A stretch of DNA of 64,000 nt from Lama glama (taxonomy: Eukaryota), in contig CM052816.1 in the NCBI GenBank assembly GCA_028534125.1, forward strand, positions 6,512,001 through 6,576,000, written 5' to 3'. The position numbers and the translations under genes are program-made. This document shows positions 39,830 through 53,015 of this stretch, piece by piece. How positions within the stretch are numbered: position 1 is the first letter of the stretch; each line of letters starts with the position of its first letter. The notes under the pieces were generated by a model. The model had not been told where the DNA came from, did no database searches, and saw only the letters and a program-made list of their open reading frames with translations.

Positions 39830-40970
39830 AATTTTGTAAGCTTTTACCACTCTTTTTAACCCCGTACTCACTGTGTCTCTCTCTCTTAGCAGATGGCTTT
39901 GTCTCTCTTTCAGAAAGCAACTGACACCATCAAGTGTTATTTGTATCAACTTCCTACTAAGCTCCCAACCATCAACTTATCTGCATTTATACCAATCATC
40001 ACCTTTACTCCCCCAGTCTTTGAAAATAATGTACTATGGTATTCCCTCCGGAAGCCGTTCTCTTTGTATATGCTTGCTTCTTTTTTAACCCTTTGTTTAT
40101 ATATATTCAACTGTAGCCTGAACAACTTCACCTGGATCTTCCATAGCTTCCTGAAATACAGCTTGTCTAAACTCACATTCCCCCCTGTAAACTGTTTTTC
40201 CCTACCAGTATTCTAGATGTCACATAGTACCATGAACTTGTAAATCCAAGGTTTATCCCTGACTTTAGTTTTTCTTTTAATCTACACATAAAATATGATT
40301 ATCCTTCTAATCAATCATTAGAAATCTCACTGATTTTGTCTTTTAAATGCTTCTTGAATCTGATCTCTGTACCCTTAACGTCTTCCACACTTCCCCTGTT
40401 TCTGGATATTACTCCTCTTGTGGACAACATCCTAAGGATGTCATTTCCTCGTGTGTGTGTGTTTCTTTTCTAATCCTTCTTCTACATGGTCCCAGGGGTA
40501 TTTATATAAAATGAAAACCTGAACACATTATGCTTTGCCTAAGACCCTTCACTGGATACCTACTGACCAACATTTCCAACCTCATCTCACACTTGACCAC
40601 CACGCCTGCTTAGAAAGTCACTGCTGGCCTTTTAAGCTTCAGAAAATCCAAATCTATGGGTAATTCTTTACACATATCTCTGTATCGCTGCTTGTGTTAT
40701 TTCCTCTTAAGGAAATGTCCTTCAACTCTGCTCTTTTCTCTCTGATAATTCTTTACCCACCTCTAATTTTACTTCACAAATTCTCTCAGACATCACCTTT
40801 TCCAGGAAGGCTTCTGTAAACACCATGTTGCCTCACTAGGTTAGACGACTCATATTCCATGCTCGCATAATACCTACGATATGATTTCATCACTGTTCTG
40901 AAACATTGTATTATGATTTGTCATTCTGTGTCTTTTCTCCTCCACTACAATTCAATTTTTAGAGAAAGAA
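39830..40970 (+). mobile_element. L2 LINE 3' region (ancient)
   Basis: Pyrimidine-rich L2-like text (ttcacctggatctt...aaactcacattccccc...catcaccttttccaggaaggcttct...ctccactaca). Confidence 0.6.
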
Positions 40971-40977
40971 TAGGCAA

Positions 40978-41830
40978 AAGGGGAAGTCTACAGCAATACA
41001 GGCTTTCCTCAAAAAACAAGAAAGATGTTAAACAACCAACCTAACCTACCACCTGAAAGAATTAGAAAAAGAACAAACAAAACATAAGTCAGCAGAAGGA
41101 AAGAATGGAGAGGAGGGAAGAAATACATAAAATAGAGATTTAAAAACAACAGAAAAATCATTCAAACCAAGAGCTGGTTTTTTTTGAAAGAGTAAAGAAA
41201 ATTGACAAACCTCTGGCCAGGATCACCAAGAAGAAAAGAGAGAGAACACAAATAAATAAGAAAGCAAAATGGAGAAATTACAACACCACAGAAATACAAA
41301 AACCCATAAGCGAATACTCTGAACTATATGGCAACAAACTGGACAATCTAAAAGAAATGGACAAGTTTCTAGAAACATACAGTCCACCAAAACTGAATCA
41401 AGAAGAAATAGATCGTTTGAACAGACCAATCACTAGAAGTGAAATAGTCAGCAATAAAAAACAAACAAACAAACACCTCCCTGCAAACAAGTCAAGGACC
41501 AGATGGCTGGGGAACTCTACCAAACATACAAAGAAGAACTCATACCAGTCCTTCTCAAGCTCTTCCAAAAGACTGAAGAGGAGGGAATACTTCCAAACAC
41601 ATTCTATTAAGCCACCAACACCCTCATATCAAAATGAAAGACACTACCCAAAAAGAAAATTACAGGCTGATATCACTAATGAACATAGATGCAAAAATCA
41701 TCAACAAAATATTAGCAAACAGACTCCAACAGCACATAAAAAAGATCATATACCATGATCAAGTTGGATTCATCCCAGGGACACAAGAATGGTTCAACAT
41801 ATGCAAATCAATGTGATATATCACATCACT
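40978..41830 (+). mobile_element. L1 ORF2 internal fragment (post-endonuclease linker to start of RT domain)
   Basis: [26 protein letters not shown] and [43 protein letters not shown]; frameshifted. Confidence 0.92.
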
Positions 41831-41838
41831 AAAAAAAA

Positions 41839-43453
41839 GGACAGAAGATGGCGGAGTGGTAGGATCACAAGCTCACCTCTCCTTGCAACTACAATGAAAC
41901 CACAACTGAATGCTAAACAACTATCAAAAAAAAAATGAATAAAAAGACCAGAACCTAGCAAAAAACATCTTCTGCAACTGGAAATATAAAGAGGGAACCA
42001 CAGCAGGACGGTAGGAGGGACACGCTTGCTATATAATTGGGCCCTATACCCCCCGGGGTGGGTGACCCACAAGCTGCAGAATAACTAAGTCGCAGAGGCC
42101 CTCCCACAGGCGTGGGAGTTCTGGGCCCCATGTCAGGCTCCCCAGCGGGGGTTTCCAGCATTGGGAGGAAGAAGAGACCCCAGGGCATCTGGTTTTGAAG
42201 GCCAGCAGGGCTTGGCTCCAGGAGACCCATGGAACTGGTGGAAGCAGAGACTTCATTCTCTTGGGAAGCATGCACAGAATCTCACATGCACTAGGTCCAA
42301 GGGCAGAGGCAATAATTTCATAAGAATCTGGCCAGACATGCCTGCTTGTTTTGGAAGGTCTTGTGGGGACCTAGGTGATGGCTGCAGCTCACCCAGGGGA
42401 CATGAAAACTGGTGGCAGCCATTCTGGGAGTGTTCATCTACATGAGCTTTCCTGAAGGCTGACATGTTGATTGGATCATTAGCACCAAGACCAAGCCCAA
42501 GCCCAACCCAACAACCTATAGGGAAGCCTCAGGCCAAACAACATACTGGGTGGGACACAGTCCCACCCACCAGCAGATTTCCTAAGCCACAAAGCCTCTA
42601 GACACAGCCTTACCCACCAGAGGTCCAGGACCAAGCTTCACCCAGCAATGGGTAGGGCCCGGCTCCTCCTGCCAGGAACTCTGCATAAGCCTCTAGTTCA
42701 GCCTTATCCATCAGGGGCAGATACCAGAAATAAGCAAACAACAATCCCAAAGCCTGTGGAAGGAATCCACAAACACAGGCCAGATTTTACACTGGGACTG
42801 GCTGGACCCTGGCCCTTGGGTGACAAATGAGGAGTGTACTACTAGGACGCATAGAATGTCTCCCACAGAGGGTCACCTCTCTAAGGTTGAGAAACGTAAC
42901 TAACCTACCTAAAAATACAAATAGGAAGATAAACAATATGAGGTGGCAGAGGAGTATCTCCCAGGCCAAGGCACAAGACAGAATTCCAGAAGAAATCAGT
43001 GATAAGGAGATGGGCAATTTATCTGAAAGTTTAAAGTAATGATGGCAAAGATGTTCAGAGAACTCAAGAGGAGTATAGATGCACAGAGTGAAGTTTTTAG
43101 CGAAGAGTTGGAAAATATAAAGAATACACAAACAAGAGATGAAGAACAGAATCAATGAAATGAGTAACACACTAGAAGGAAACAAGAATAGACTACATGT
43201 GGCAGAAGAACGGATCAGTGAGCTAGAAGACAGATTAGTGGAAATTTCTACTCCAGAACAGAAAAAAGAAAAAAGAATAAAAAGAAACGAGGATAGTTTA
43301 AGAGAACTCTGGGATAACATGAAGTGTACTAACATTTGCACCATAGAGGTCGCAGAAAGAGAAGAGAGAGAGGAAGGACCTGGAACATTTTTGGAGAGAT
43401 AATAACCAAAAACTTCCCCAACCTGGGGAAAGGAAACAGTCACCCAAGTCCAG
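41839..43453 (+). mobile_element. L1 5' UTR plus first part of ORF1
   Basis: Starts with the L1 5' terminus motif aagatggcgg; GC-richer UTR; ORF1 coiled-coil peptides (INEMSNTLEG...AEERISELEDR...KRNEDSLRELWDN, EIITKNFPNLGK); stops and frameshifts present. Confidence 0.9.
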
Positions 43454-44150
43454 AAATAGACTTATCTTATGATCCAGCAATCCCATTCCTGGGCATATAT
43501 CTAGAGGGAACTCTAGCTCGAAAAGATATATGCACTCCAATATTCAGAGCAACACTATTTACAACAGCCAACACAGGAAAACACCCTAAATGTCCATTGA
43601 CAGATGACTGGACAAAGTAGTGGTATATTTATACAATGGAATAGTATTCAGCCATAAAAAAGAATAAAATACTGCCATTTGCAGCAATATGGATGGACTT
43701 GGAGATGGTCATTCTAAGTGAATGAAGTAAGCCAAAAAAAGAAAAAAAAAGAAAAATACCTTATGATATTACCTATGTGTGAAATCCAGAAAAAAAGTGA
43801 CACAAATGAACTGATTTACAAAATAGACTCATAGAAATAGAAAACAAACTTATGGTTACCAGGGGGGAATGTGGGTGGGAAGGGATAAACTGCAAGTTCA
43901 AGATTTGCAGATACAAGCTACTAATGTAAAATAAACAAATTTCTTCTGTATAGCACAGGGAACTATATTCAATATCTTGTAGCAACCTATAATGAAAGAG
44001 TATGAAAACGAATATATGTATGTATATATATGCCTGAAACATTATGCTGTACACCAGAAATGGACATGCCATTGTAAACTGACTATACTTCAACTATATA
44101 TATATATGTATACACACACACACACACACACATATATAATTAAAATAAAC
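43454..44150 (+). mobile_element. L1 ORF2 extreme C-terminus, 3' UTR and (TA)/(CA) tail
   Basis: IDLSYDPAIPFLGIY...DICTPIF...PKCPLTDDW; G-rich tract ggggggaatgtgggtgggaaggg; tail microsatellite at 44095-44135. Confidence 0.9.
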
Positions 44151-44179
44151 AATAGGACAAATTAAAGAAAAGAAAAGAA

Positions 44180-44806
44180 AAATACTGACACCACCAAGTA
44201 CTGGTAGGGATACATAACAGCTAGAATCCTCAGATATGACTAGTGGCATGCAAAATGATATACCTACTCTGGAAATCCATTTTGCAGTTCCTGATTAAGG
44301 TAAGCACACACTTACCATATGCCCCAGAAACCCCAGTTCTGAGCATTTACCTGTGAGATATGGAAACTGACATTCACACAAAAACCTGTGCACAAATATT
44401 TACAGCCGTTCTGTTTATAATCACGTAAGAATAGAAACAACCTCAGTATCTTTCAATAACTGGATAAATTGTAGTTTATCCATACAAAGGACAACTAACT
44501 CAACTAAACCCAAGACAAAACACCAGTGTAACACAAATAACAAAACTCTTGATATACTTAACAAATTGGATAAATCTCCAAAGGCTCTATGCTGAGTAAA
44601 AGAGGCCGGTCTCGAAAATGTACACTGTGTATCCTTCCGTTTGTACTACAGCAGTCCCCTAAAGACAAACTGTAGCGACACAGAACAGATCAATGGTTGC
44701 CAGGGGTTAGGGGTGAGGAAGGGAATGAATACAAAAGGATACTATGACGGAGTTTCATGGGGTAATAGAACTGCTCTATATCCTGACTCTGTCAGTAATT
44801 ACATGA

Positions 44807-44837
<31 letters not shown>

Positions 44838-44930
44838 TATATATACATATATATAGATTCACAGAACTATACACATATAAAAAGTCATTTTTAAGGTAAG
44901 TAAAAAATTAAACTAAAACATAAAAAATAG
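44180..44930 (+). mobile_element. Older L1 (L1MC-like) 3' end
   Basis: ctgacaccaccaagtactgg...cacttaccatatgccccag...gaacagatcaatggttgccaggggttagg. Confidence 0.75.
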
Positions 44931-45669
44931 AACATACTGATAAGCTAAGAAATATCAAATATAGAAACCTAACACTAGCTTCTCCCACTTACCTGTGTAC
45001 CTCTCTCCCTCGCAAAAAACAAAAACTTTAACATATTATTCCCGCTGCAATGCTAGACTTTTATTTGCTTATTTAATGAATCCCTAAGTAGCACTGAGTA
45101 CGTGAAGAGGAAGGAGCTGGAGGAACGTTTAGAAAGAAAAAGTTCTATGGAAAAAGTGAATATTAACTGAATACTGAGAAACATAATTTTAGTGAGAAGA
45201 GATGGAGGGAAAAACTTAGATATCTCGCCGTTTGAAGATAGAAAATAACCTGCCTCATTTGAGGAAGGTCCAGTTTGTTTCGAACCTGGAATAGAGATGA
45301 TTTGGAGAAATGAGCAAAATCTTAGACTGGGGACTGGTCATGCAAAACTTGAGTGCCAGGTAAAGGAGTTTGTGCTTTATTTATATCCTACCTACCTGTC
45401 AATGAAGATGCTCTCATTTCCAATCCCTTGCCTTTACAATGTGGATCTTATTTAAAGGAGATTTTGTATCATTAAAGCCATTACAAGATGGATTATCACT
45501 GATTTACCATAAGAACTTTGGCAAATTAACTTTAGCATCTGCTTTTTCCATGTACAACATACAAGAAATTATGCCAGCCTTTCCTATTTTGTGAAGCTTA
45601 ATGAACCTGAATAATGTGAAAGGAATTTTTAAAGAGTAATGTATGTAAAGCATTTTATATAATTGTGTC

Positions 45670-45840
45670 CTTAGGGTTAGCAACATTAGGGCAACCAGAA
45701 AAATTTATTTAAAATGCCAATTCTTACATCCCACCCTAGACTTACTGAAACAGAAACACTGTGGATGACAGGCAGCATTATGCACTTAACAAGCCCTCTT
45801 GGTTATTCTGAGGCATGCTAAAGCTTGAGAACAACCGACA
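45670..45840. mobile_element. MER5A-like MITE
   Basis: cccaccctagacttactgaaacagaaac...ttaacaagccctc...gctaaagcttgagaac. Confidence 0.7.
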
Positions 45841-45851
45841 TGAAACTTTAT

Positions 45852-47080
45852 ACAGTGTAGGAGGGTTCCCTTTTCTCCACACCCTCTCCAGCATTTATCA
45901 TTTGTGGACTTTTGAATGATGGCCATTCTGACTGGTGTAAGGTAATACTTCATTATAGTTTTGATTTACATTTCTCTAAAAATAAATGATGTTGAGCATC
46001 TTTTCATGTGCATGTTGGCCATCTGTTTGTATTATTTGGAGAAATATCTATTTAGATAGTCTCCTCATTTTTTGATTGGGCTTTTTTTATATTGATCTGT
46101 ATAAGCTGTTTGTATATTTTGGAAATTAAGCCCTTGATCGCATTGTTTGTAAAGACAACCAGCTCATAGGTTGTCTTTTCATTTTGTTTATGGTTTCCTT
46201 TGCTGTGTAAAAACTTTAACGTTTAGTTAGGTCCAATTTGTTTAATTTTGCTTTTGTTTCCATTACTCTAGGAGACATATACAAAAAAAATACTGTTGCA
46301 ATTTCTGTCACAGAGTGTCTGTCTACATTTTCCTCTAGGAGTTGTAAAATCTGATCTTACATTTATACATTGGTGCAGCCACTATGGAAAAGAGTATGGA
46401 GGTTCCTTAAAAAACTAAAAATAGAGTTATCAGCAATCCCTCTTCTGAGCATGTTATCTGGAAAAGATGAAAACTAGTTTGAAAAGATACATGCACCTCA
46501 ATGTCCATAGCAGCACTATTTAAACTAGCTGAGATATGGAAGCAACCTAAATGTCTATCAACAGATGAACAGATAAAGAAGATGTGGTGTTTATATACAA
46601 TGGAGTATCACTCAGCCAAGAAAAAAGAACGAAATAATGTCATTTGCAGCAACACAGTATGATAATCTCTAGGTCCATCTAAGTGAAGTAAATCAGACAG
46701 AGAAAGAGAAATATCATATGACACACTTATACACATAATCTAAAAAATGACACAAATGAACTTATTTACGAAACAGAAATAGACCCATAAACATAGAAAA
46801 TAAATCTACGGTCAATAAAGGGGAAGAGGGGGAAGGATAAATTGGGAATTTGGGATGAACAGATATACACTATTACATATAAAATAAACAAAGACCTACT
46901 GTAGAGCACAGAAAACTATATTCAACATCTTGTAATAACTTATAATAAAAAAGAATCTGAAAAAGAAACTATGTGTGTGTATATATATATATATAAGCAT
47001 AACTGAATCACTTTGTTCTACACCTGAAACACTGTAAATCAACTATACATCAATAAAAAGTTTTTAATAAAAAATAAAAG
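45852..47080 (+). mobile_element. L1 with 5' inversion (45852-46365 minus, 46369-47080 plus)
   Basis: The left arm is reverse-strand ORF2 ending ...gggaaccctcctacactg; the right arm starts ttggtgcagccactatgg, which follows a short distance downstream in L1, and runs to the poly(A). Confidence 0.88.
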
Positions 47081-50000
47081 GCAAAATTCACCATCTTTAA
47101 ATTTTCAAAAAATATACATACTCAAGTGCTATGAAACTCAAAATATGCATGCCTCAATCCACTCTGAACATAACAATTTGATGAAGGGACAATATCTTAT
47201 ATGAAGTCAGAAAATGAGGTATGTTTCATTGGCATTTTGCTTTTCACAACTTAAGAAGCTATCAACGGCTGACTTTCCTAGAGGAATAATTACTTTCAGA
47301 AATATTCATCACTCTATATCAGAAAGTCCAGGAAAGATTTCTTCGAGGGAAAGCAAATAGGTAGGAATTTTTCTTCACTGATTTGTATTTTGATAAAGCA
47401 ATTTTGCTTGAGAGAATTGATGTCAGCACACTGACCTGCAGTCACAATAAATTTGTGTCAATTTACTCAATGAATCATCTCTCTAATGTCAACAGTTTCC
47501 CCTATATCCAAGTGCTCTTATGCATTATAAATCCCTGCTGTAAAAAAGATAAACAATAAAGACATTACAGTAGGAGGACAGAGCATAAATGACAAGAAGA
47601 TAGTGAGGATGCTCTTCTGTCAGTACAAAAAAAAACAAACCCAAAATACATTTCTGTGTAACATATTTCACCATGAGATATCATCAGAATAAATAATTGA
47701 AATAAATTGTATAGCGCTTCACTCAACAATTAGAAAACGGTGAATTATTAATGTCTTTTAATCTGTATCATCTTTCACTGACTCAGATCTTATTTTTCTA
47801 TGGTTTGCTTGGTTCACATTATCACCATTATCATCACCATGAGTATCAGTTCTGTCCCTGAATCTGAGATGTCCCTGTAGGCCAATCCTATCAGGATCAG
47901 CTCTGGGAAACATTTAAAATTAGAAAGCACTGGTCTTTGAACTCAGCTTCCATCGGGTATAAGAAAAACAACAGGTAGAGTGTCTACTGACCAAGATCCA
48001 AGTTTATCCATGGGCTGGCTATGTGCCTTTAACTACATCCCTGAGCTTCAGTTTTATATCTATGTAATAGTAGAGCAGCTAATAACTTCTGTAGAAAGAG
48101 ATCTCATGATATCCTTTCTATAACCCTTTGTTTCCCTTTAATGCTCCCCTCACTGTTTTCCACAAAGCATTCAATTCCCCATTCTGCCCACATTAATCTT
48201 GTTTCCAGAAGAAATAAACCTGATAAACTCTTACTGTTTAATCCAAGGGTCACAAATTCAAATGCATGCAGGTTAATATACCTATCATAATTCTTGCTAG
48301 TTATGCAAAAATGTCTGCTAAGCAGCTTGTCCTGCAACCAAAGCAAAACACTATCTAGGTATGTTGCCTATGAAAACCTATAAAAGAATATATGTAACAA
48401 AATGCTCAGACAAAACACCTGTACTTGTTGTGAAACTCTGAAGACACCAGTTTTCATTCTTTGGTTTAATCCTTGAGTACTTCATACCCTAGCGCCTGAC
48501 AAACTAAGCCCCTTTCTTCTCTTTTACAATCGAAATATAAGATTACCAGACAGGTAAAGTGATGTTTGGCCATGACTGATTACTAATTATTTAAACATGA
48601 TCTACTTATCAAAGACCTTCTCAAATTCCATCTTCTGTATCTAAAAACGTTTTCCTACCATAATATATGACCTATTTCTTTGGTTTACATTACTATAATA
48701 CTTTCTGTACCTCTGGGTAAAGGGATCAGCTTAGTCCACCTTGTAGCGCAAGTGTAATAGGTAATAACGCATTTGTTACACCTTACGTCATTTTATATTT
48801 TGATGCCAGAGAGCGTATTTTTTGTTCCTTAGCTCCAACATAATTCAGAATTGCCTGGGATATTTCTAAATCGGCCCCAAAAAAGAGAGGTCTAAAGTTG
48901 GACTTTTATCCACTGAATTAAAATACCCATACATACGTGACTATTTTTGCCAAACATAAGCACTGACCACAGTCACCCCCACTGTAACAGACTCCCACTC
49001 ACACATATCCATGAAGTAAACATCCTTGTGCCCTACAGATTTAGTATTCTTTACCATTTAGATTTTACTATAAAAAAAAAAAGGCAGACATGAGATAGAA
49101 AAAAGGCTGCCTGGGTGGAGAGACTAAGGAGAAAGCAAAACAGAAAACTTTTCAAACTCTCTAGAATACTGAGTCAATTCTAAAATGTTTTTCCTTTCTT
49201 AAAACCTTATTTACTACAAGTTGTTGTCAGGCTGTGATTCAACACATTGATCGCTAACTCCTCCCTGGTAACAAGACTAGCAATCAGTCCTCTTAGAGGA
49301 AGTCTGATTGCCCCCATTGTGAAGGCCTAAACATTCCAGATGGCTTTGCACAAATCCTTGGTACTTGTCCAGTTCCCTGGACAGCTCCACTTATTCATCC
49401 ATAATAGCCTGTGTACAAGTCCTCCCCAGAAGTATTATTATGCATTCTTTGTCTAGCAGTTGTCACAATCCTAAGTATATATTTTTCTCTTCCACTGAGA
49501 GATAGTGGAATTTTCAGACGCAGCATCCAACAATTCATGTGCATTAGACTTCTCTCTGAGCCGTCACAAAGCTTTACAGCAAGTTCTTTGATGAAGCACA
49601 TAAGTCAACGACAAAAAAAAAAAAATTTCATCCAAATCTCAAGAAAACCTTAAACCTGGCATCTTTTCTGCCTAGTGACTGAGAATTTTTATGAGTCATT
49701 ATTACTGGGTTTTTTTCTTTAAGTATCATCACCATTATAAGGTGTCATCACAGAAGAGAAAAAAGAGAAAGAAAAACATCTCAAAACTATCATTGGCAAG
49801 GCTTAAGATTTTAGATTAGGAAAGAACTGTTAGAGTTTTAATGAAAATAAGTGTTCTGCTGATGACGGATTTGTTTTAATAGGGGAAAAATAGTTCCAGA
49901 AACCATAGTTACAGATAGAATGTCAGCATCTCATTGTCAGATCACAAAGGCTTAGCCCTCCAGTCACTCCCAAGAAAGTCAGGCCCAGTAAGGTCAATGA

Positions 50001-50699
50001 GACTCTATCCCCCTCTAGTGTCTCTAGTATTAGAAGGGAATCTGTTTCCCTGCTGGCCTCTACAAATCAATTTTTTCAAGGATCCTTAGAAAAGAATCCA
50101 TTTGCATTGTACTTCACATTCAAAGTGTTAATAAAGAATCTTGATAAGTCCTCAAATATTTTCCTACAATCCAATCTAAAGTTGCTCACAGCAAAAATAA
50201 TAGCAAGGATTTCCTCCCATAACCAACCATCGTATTTGCATATAGTCAAGGAGTTCAGATGGAACAGAAGATCTGTTAGTCATTCTAAAATTGTGTCCAT
50301 CGGTTAATAACACATGATGTGTAATTATAAATAATGCCTCTCACCTTGTCACTTTGTTCATAAATGTGATTAAAAGATAGTATGTTTTAGCCCTGATGCT
50401 ATTACTAGTATGATATATAACACTAAATAAATGATGCCTTCTCCCTGCAAAAATCTACTCTTTACAATGACAGGTCTAAACAAGTCGATCCCAAGAATTC
50501 TAGAATTCTGTGAAATAGCACAGTTCCTCGTCAATTCATTTTAGGACTCTAATCCTCAGTTTCTTCACTTAGGCAGATAACAAAATTTATCTTCTCTATC
50601 GCACAGATCAAAGGCAGATTATTAACATAAAATTCTAAATTATTTCATCTAGACAACTCCATTATATTTTCCTCTGGCAAAGGTACATGTCATCAAGAG

Positions 50700-50920
50700 C
50701 CAAGAAGTGCAGGTACTCTGGAATTAGACTGGATTCAAAACTCACCATCATTACTTATAAGCTATGCTAGTTCAAGGAAGTTACTTACAATCTCTTGTAG
50801 TATAAATTTCCTCAGCTGCAAAATAAAAAGGAAAAGAAAAAGAGGAGGAGGAGGAGGAAAAAAGTGGTGTTCAAAGCATTAAATGAGAAATCTCTCCAAA
50901 GCACTCAAACATGATAATAA
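50700..50920 (+). mobile_element. MIR SINE
   Basis: actctggaattagactggattcaaa...aagttactta...tttcctcagctgcaaaa...attaaatgaga. Confidence 0.65.
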
Positions 50921-51698
50921 TTATTAACTCTATAAATGATATCATCGCACGGTAGAAGTCAAGTCAAGAAACTAGGCTACAACAATCAAAACTGTAACAG
51001 CAGCAACTACTTCTGCTGCACTGAGCTTCTGCCACGAACTGTGCTAAGTGCTTTACACACGTTGCGTCCTCCGTGTCCCACTTCACTTTATGATTAGAGA
51101 ATACTCTCACATGCCTTTTCTCATTGATTCTAGAAACAACCCAGCAATTATTTACTGAAGTTATTGTCATTCCTACTTTGCAGAGGCAGAAATATTCAGG
51201 CAGACTGCAGAGTAAGTTAGTAAAGATTAGACACAACCCCTGATTTTAAGTCTGGTATTCCCACCATCCGACCTCACTGCCTCCCACTGTGAAGACTCGC
51301 CAGGGGAGCCAGTGGCACAGACCTAATTACTGATGGGCACTGAAATGGAATGGTGCCCCATGGAGGAGGAAATCAGACAGCTGAATGTCTTCTGAGTTCT
51401 CCTCCTGCCAAAAGTATATTCTGGCCAAGTAGTTATTTTATTCATCAAATGCCAGAGGGTTGAATTTTTATGTAATCTCAGGGCTGGGATAGCTGGCCAG
51501 AAGAAGGCAAATAAAAATTGCATGAAGTTTGGAGTCAGCTGGGGGTGGGTGGCAGGAGAGTCCCTGCTGACTTGGCCTTTGCTGCATGAAAGAGAAAGCT
51601 GAACCTCAGCAAGCCTTATGTGCATCCTAGAGAAATTCATTTGACAAAAATGTAAACTTTCCATATGAAGGGAAATCCATGAGGCTGCAAAGGCCAGG

Positions 51699-52198
51699 NN
51701 NNNNNNNNNNNNNNNNNNNNNNNNNNNNNNNNNNNNNNNNNNNNNNNNNNNNNNNNNNNNNNNNNNNNNNNNNNNNNNNNNNNNNNNNNNNNNNNNNNNN
51801 NNNNNNNNNNNNNNNNNNNNNNNNNNNNNNNNNNNNNNNNNNNNNNNNNNNNNNNNNNNNNNNNNNNNNNNNNNNNNNNNNNNNNNNNNNNNNNNNNNNN
51901 NNNNNNNNNNNNNNNNNNNNNNNNNNNNNNNNNNNNNNNNNNNNNNNNNNNNNNNNNNNNNNNNNNNNNNNNNNNNNNNNNNNNNNNNNNNNNNNNNNNN
52001 NNNNNNNNNNNNNNNNNNNNNNNNNNNNNNNNNNNNNNNNNNNNNNNNNNNNNNNNNNNNNNNNNNNNNNNNNNNNNNNNNNNNNNNNNNNNNNNNNNNN
52101 NNNNNNNNNNNNNNNNNNNNNNNNNNNNNNNNNNNNNNNNNNNNNNNNNNNNNNNNNNNNNNNNNNNNNNNNNNNNNNNNNNNNNNNNNNNNNNNNNN
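51699..52198. other. Assembly gap (500 N)
   Basis: Run of exactly 500 n. Confidence 1.
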
Positions 52199-52449
52199 GG
52201 ACTATTGTTTCACTGAACTTTAACAAACTTGATTCAGCAAAATTATGTTCTATATTAATATAGCTTCAAATAAGTTTTCACATTTGATTTCATCCTAGTT
52301 TGCTAAGGAAACACAGAATGCACTTTCTCAAGAAGATGAGAACCTGATCAGAAACAGGGATGCACTATTTTCATTTTTCTGACAATAGTTTTCAGAAGGC
52401 TTGCTCTGATCATCAATATCAGACATATTTTCCCTAAAAATTCTCCCGT

Positions 52450-52637
52450 GGGGGATTAAGAAGGACAAACTATTATGTATAAAATAAGTTACAAGGATGT
52501 ATTGTACAACACCACAGGGAATGGAGCCAGTATTTTTTAATAACTATAAATGGAGTATAACCTTTAAAATTTGTGAATCACTATATTGTACACCTGTAAC
52601 TTGTATGTTATTACACATCAACTGTACTTCAATAAAA
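52450..52637 (+). mobile_element. Short L1 3' terminal fragment
   Basis: aaactattatgtataaaataagttacaaggatgtattgtacaac...tgtgaatcactatattgtacacctg...tacttcaataaaa. Confidence 0.8.
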
Positions 52638-53015
52638 TTTTTTCCCATGTATGTTATTCAAGAAGTCCATTGCTTGTAAATACAGACGCGTGGATCTTTA
52701 ATGGCCAGTGCCTTCCCTCTACAGAAGCTGCTGCCCAGAATGAACCTCCTAAAGCCTACCCTGCTCCCTCCCCCCAGGCTCCAGACCTCCTCCTCCCTGC
52801 CTCAACAGAGCAGCTCCACCAGCTGTGTAACATTTCTTTTGAAGAAAAGTTCTGTGGGTACAAATACTTGAAAACCACTCATCTGAACCAACCCTTTTAT
52901 TTATCACATGAGGAAACAGTAGCTCACAGAGTGCTAAAGCTCATGGAGCACAGCTTCCTGTCTGATGCAGAACACCAGGGCCCAGGCCCCCCGACCCACA
53001 GTCCAGGACAGTGAG

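Noticed and set aside
42787..43443. 218-aa minus-strand hydrophobic ORF
   Set aside because: Antisense of the A-rich L1 ORF1 coiled coil; the Ser/Leu/Phe bias is expected from that.
43336..43620. Apparent in-frame ORF1-ORF2 fusion protein
   Set aside because: Read-through appears to depend on a 1-nt frameshift (GKGNSHPSPE instead of GKETVTQVQ), and upstream ORF1 has stops and frameshifts.
47779..49698. Cluster of AP-1 (TGASTCA) and ATF-like sites
   Set aside because: About eight such 7-mers are expected by chance in 64 kb; no clear enrichment.
51627..52263. 199 and 194 aa ORFs
   Set aside because: Artefacts of the N gap.
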